A DNA stretch of 64,000 nt from Podarcis erhardii. Lineage: Eukaryota. The notes below the pieces were generated by a model. The model searched no databases. It was not told where the DNA came from and was given only the letters and a program-made list of their open reading frames with translations. Positions 62,083-64,000 of this stretch are shown here, one piece after another. The first letter of the stretch is position 1, and each line of letters starts with the position of its first letter. Location: the NCBI GenBank assembly GCA_964252035.1, contig OZ176204.1; one strand, written 5' to 3'. A program made the position numbers and the translations under genes.

Positions 62083-63729
62083 CCAAACATTGCTAAATGC
62101 TTAGATATGGTTTTCATTTTGGGAAATAATTTAAGGAGCAAGCTGTTGTCGGCAAATGAGACAGTACTGGAATTTTAATGTGGACCATCTGGAGTATTTG
62201 CTAATGTTGAAATATTAGCGCGATGTGGTAATTTTGGAGCGTATGCCAGGGAATGGAGGAGTGAGCTGTTGGTACTTGTTGCCCTAAAACATAATAACAA
62301 TCAACATACTCTCTCACTCCCAGCACACAAACTGAAAAAGATGACACAGTGTGCTTGCATGCTAGAAGGGAAGGCGAGGATATGTGTTTATTCTCTTCCC
62401 TCTTCCCTGTGCTTTCTTTGGAAAGCGGGGGGGGGGGGGTCTTTTCCAAGGAGACCTTGAGGTATGGGGTTTTGCTAGGCTCTCCGCCAGCTTGCATGGA
62501 ATCTGGGTCACCATGGAAACTGGCCACGAGGAGAGCAACAAACAGAGGCAAAGGAATTTCAGCATTGCCAGCCAGGCCTCACTGGAACTAGAAAAGTTCT
62601 CTTTTAAAAATGAAGGCAAATAAAAGCAACAGACACATAGGGGGCAGGCACACTATTAAGAAAATCAGTTAATGCTGCAGACCCTAAAGCCACAGAAAAA
62701 GGATGGATGGTTCTCACTCTTGCTGTTCCACAAACCCCCAGCTCAGATACTGCTGTCCCCTGTGAGGATTTTTCTTCTTCTTGTGATCTCAGAACCAGCC
62801 TAAAGGGTGGATTAAAGTGAGAATCCTGTTTAGAATCGAAATCTTGCCTCTTCTCTTGCTCCAAGGAAATCTTTTATCTCATTTTAACTTGAAAATGTGC
62901 TTTAAAAACAAGCAAGCCTGTAGCATAAGCGGAGACAAAAGGGAAATAGTTCATAGAAAATGAGGACTTACACTGATGGTATGAGGTGTTTACATATGGA
63001 AATATAGTTGTGATGTTAGCCCAAGTTGTGTAAAAGTGCCTAAGTGACATGGAGAGGAGGGACAAAAAGTTGGTTTGTACAGACATAATACATCTTGTAT
63101 GCAGAAGCAAACAAATGTTGGGATGGGGGCTGCACATGTCTTACAAGAGGATACACCAGTCAGGAAGCTAGATAAGAACTTTATTGTCTCTTCTAAACAA
63201 GCACAGAATAGTAACGTGAAATTCCCAGTTCCACCTCCAGAGACAATTCAAGTCCAATACCACTTCATGACTAAACTATAATAATGCTGCTATCCACCCA
63301 GCAGGTTAGGAAAAATGGAGAACCTTTACAGCAAAGACCACGCTCTACCTTTGCTAAGCAATCACGGGTGGTTAAATAACCCTTTGTTGTGCCATCGCTC
63401 ATACAAAAACTGCAGTGGTAAAAGTGTGGTACACACATACTCAAGCCACCAGGAATCCCAGAGAAAAGAGAAAGACTACACATGAATCCATGAGAGGTTG
63501 GGAGGCTGTTGTAACAGAAGAAGATGCTGAAGAGCCATCATTGCCGCCACATTCCACCTCAGTTTAAACTAGTTTTGCATGTTTTGGTAGAACTTTATGC
63601 ATGATCAGCAGGGGGAGGGGGGAGGCCAAATCTAACTGTTGCAATAGATGTGTGCATGACTTTCAGAGACACCTATTGCTTAAAACAGTCTTAGGTGGTG
63701 AGTCACTCTGTCTATTCCCCTCCTTGTTA

Positions 63730-63865
63730 AGACTGTATAACCTGTTTCCCTCCTGATGTTGGTGCATTCCAGCTCCCACCAGACCCAGACAGCATGGCCA
63801 ATGGTCAGGAATGATGGGAGTTATATTCCAGAAACATCTGGAGAGCCACATATTAGCCACCCCTG
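63730..63865. mobile_element. Degenerate URR1-like hAT MITE
   Basis: ...gatgatgggagttatattccagaaacatctggagagccacatattagccacccctg. Confidence 0.6.
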
Positions 63866-64000
63866 CTATACATACTTATCTGGGGGTTGCCATTGAACTC
63901 CATTGAGTAGACATATAAAAGCTAGTATATTGTACATAGCCACTTATCTGCTTGGGCACACAGATAGTCTTCTAAAAGAGAAGATTATCCACTTCCCCAA

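Noticed and set aside
60526-62864. Cluster of 60-119 aa ORFs downstream of ANAPC13 as possible AMOTL2 exons
   Set aside because: None resembles angiomotin-family sequence (no PPxY/LPTY motifs or coiled coil) and no splice-consistent model emerged.

Overview
Vertebrate genomic DNA, most likely from a lacertid lizard (inferred from a Sauria SINE with an ACCTTT tail, Bov-B LINE tails and a lizard-type L1). It holds the conserved KY - CEP63 - ANAPC13 block. (1) The last 7 exons of KY (kyphoscoliosis peptidase, transglutaminase-like fold, Cys-His-Asp triad intact) lie on + at 384-18358; its 5' exons are outside the window. (2) The complete CEP63 coding sequence is on -, 14 coding exons, 2073 nt = 690 aa, 51142 down to 24770. 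(3) ANAPC13 (74 aa, 2 coding exons) is on +, head-to-head with CEP63 across a CpG island where the two inferred first-exon donors are only ~160 bp apart. All exons were traced by eye with AG/GT boundaries and consistent phases. Introns carry many transposons, several with perfect target-site duplications: a young 5'-truncated L1 with a 620-codon open frame, two Bov-B copies, a Sauria SINE, Tc1/mariner-type and hAT MITEs, a solo-LTR-like element, and CR1, L2 and Penelope-like remnants. I find no evidence for a wholly new gene or protein system. The best leads are hypotheses about transposon-driven RNA processing of CEP63: three same-family MITEs in alternating orientation that could pair competitively (start-exon looping versus an exon 3-5 circRNA), a sense-strand intronic L1 carrying a poly(A) signal, a candidate 50-nt poison exon, and a triple tandem splice donor. 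None can be confirmed without RNA data.
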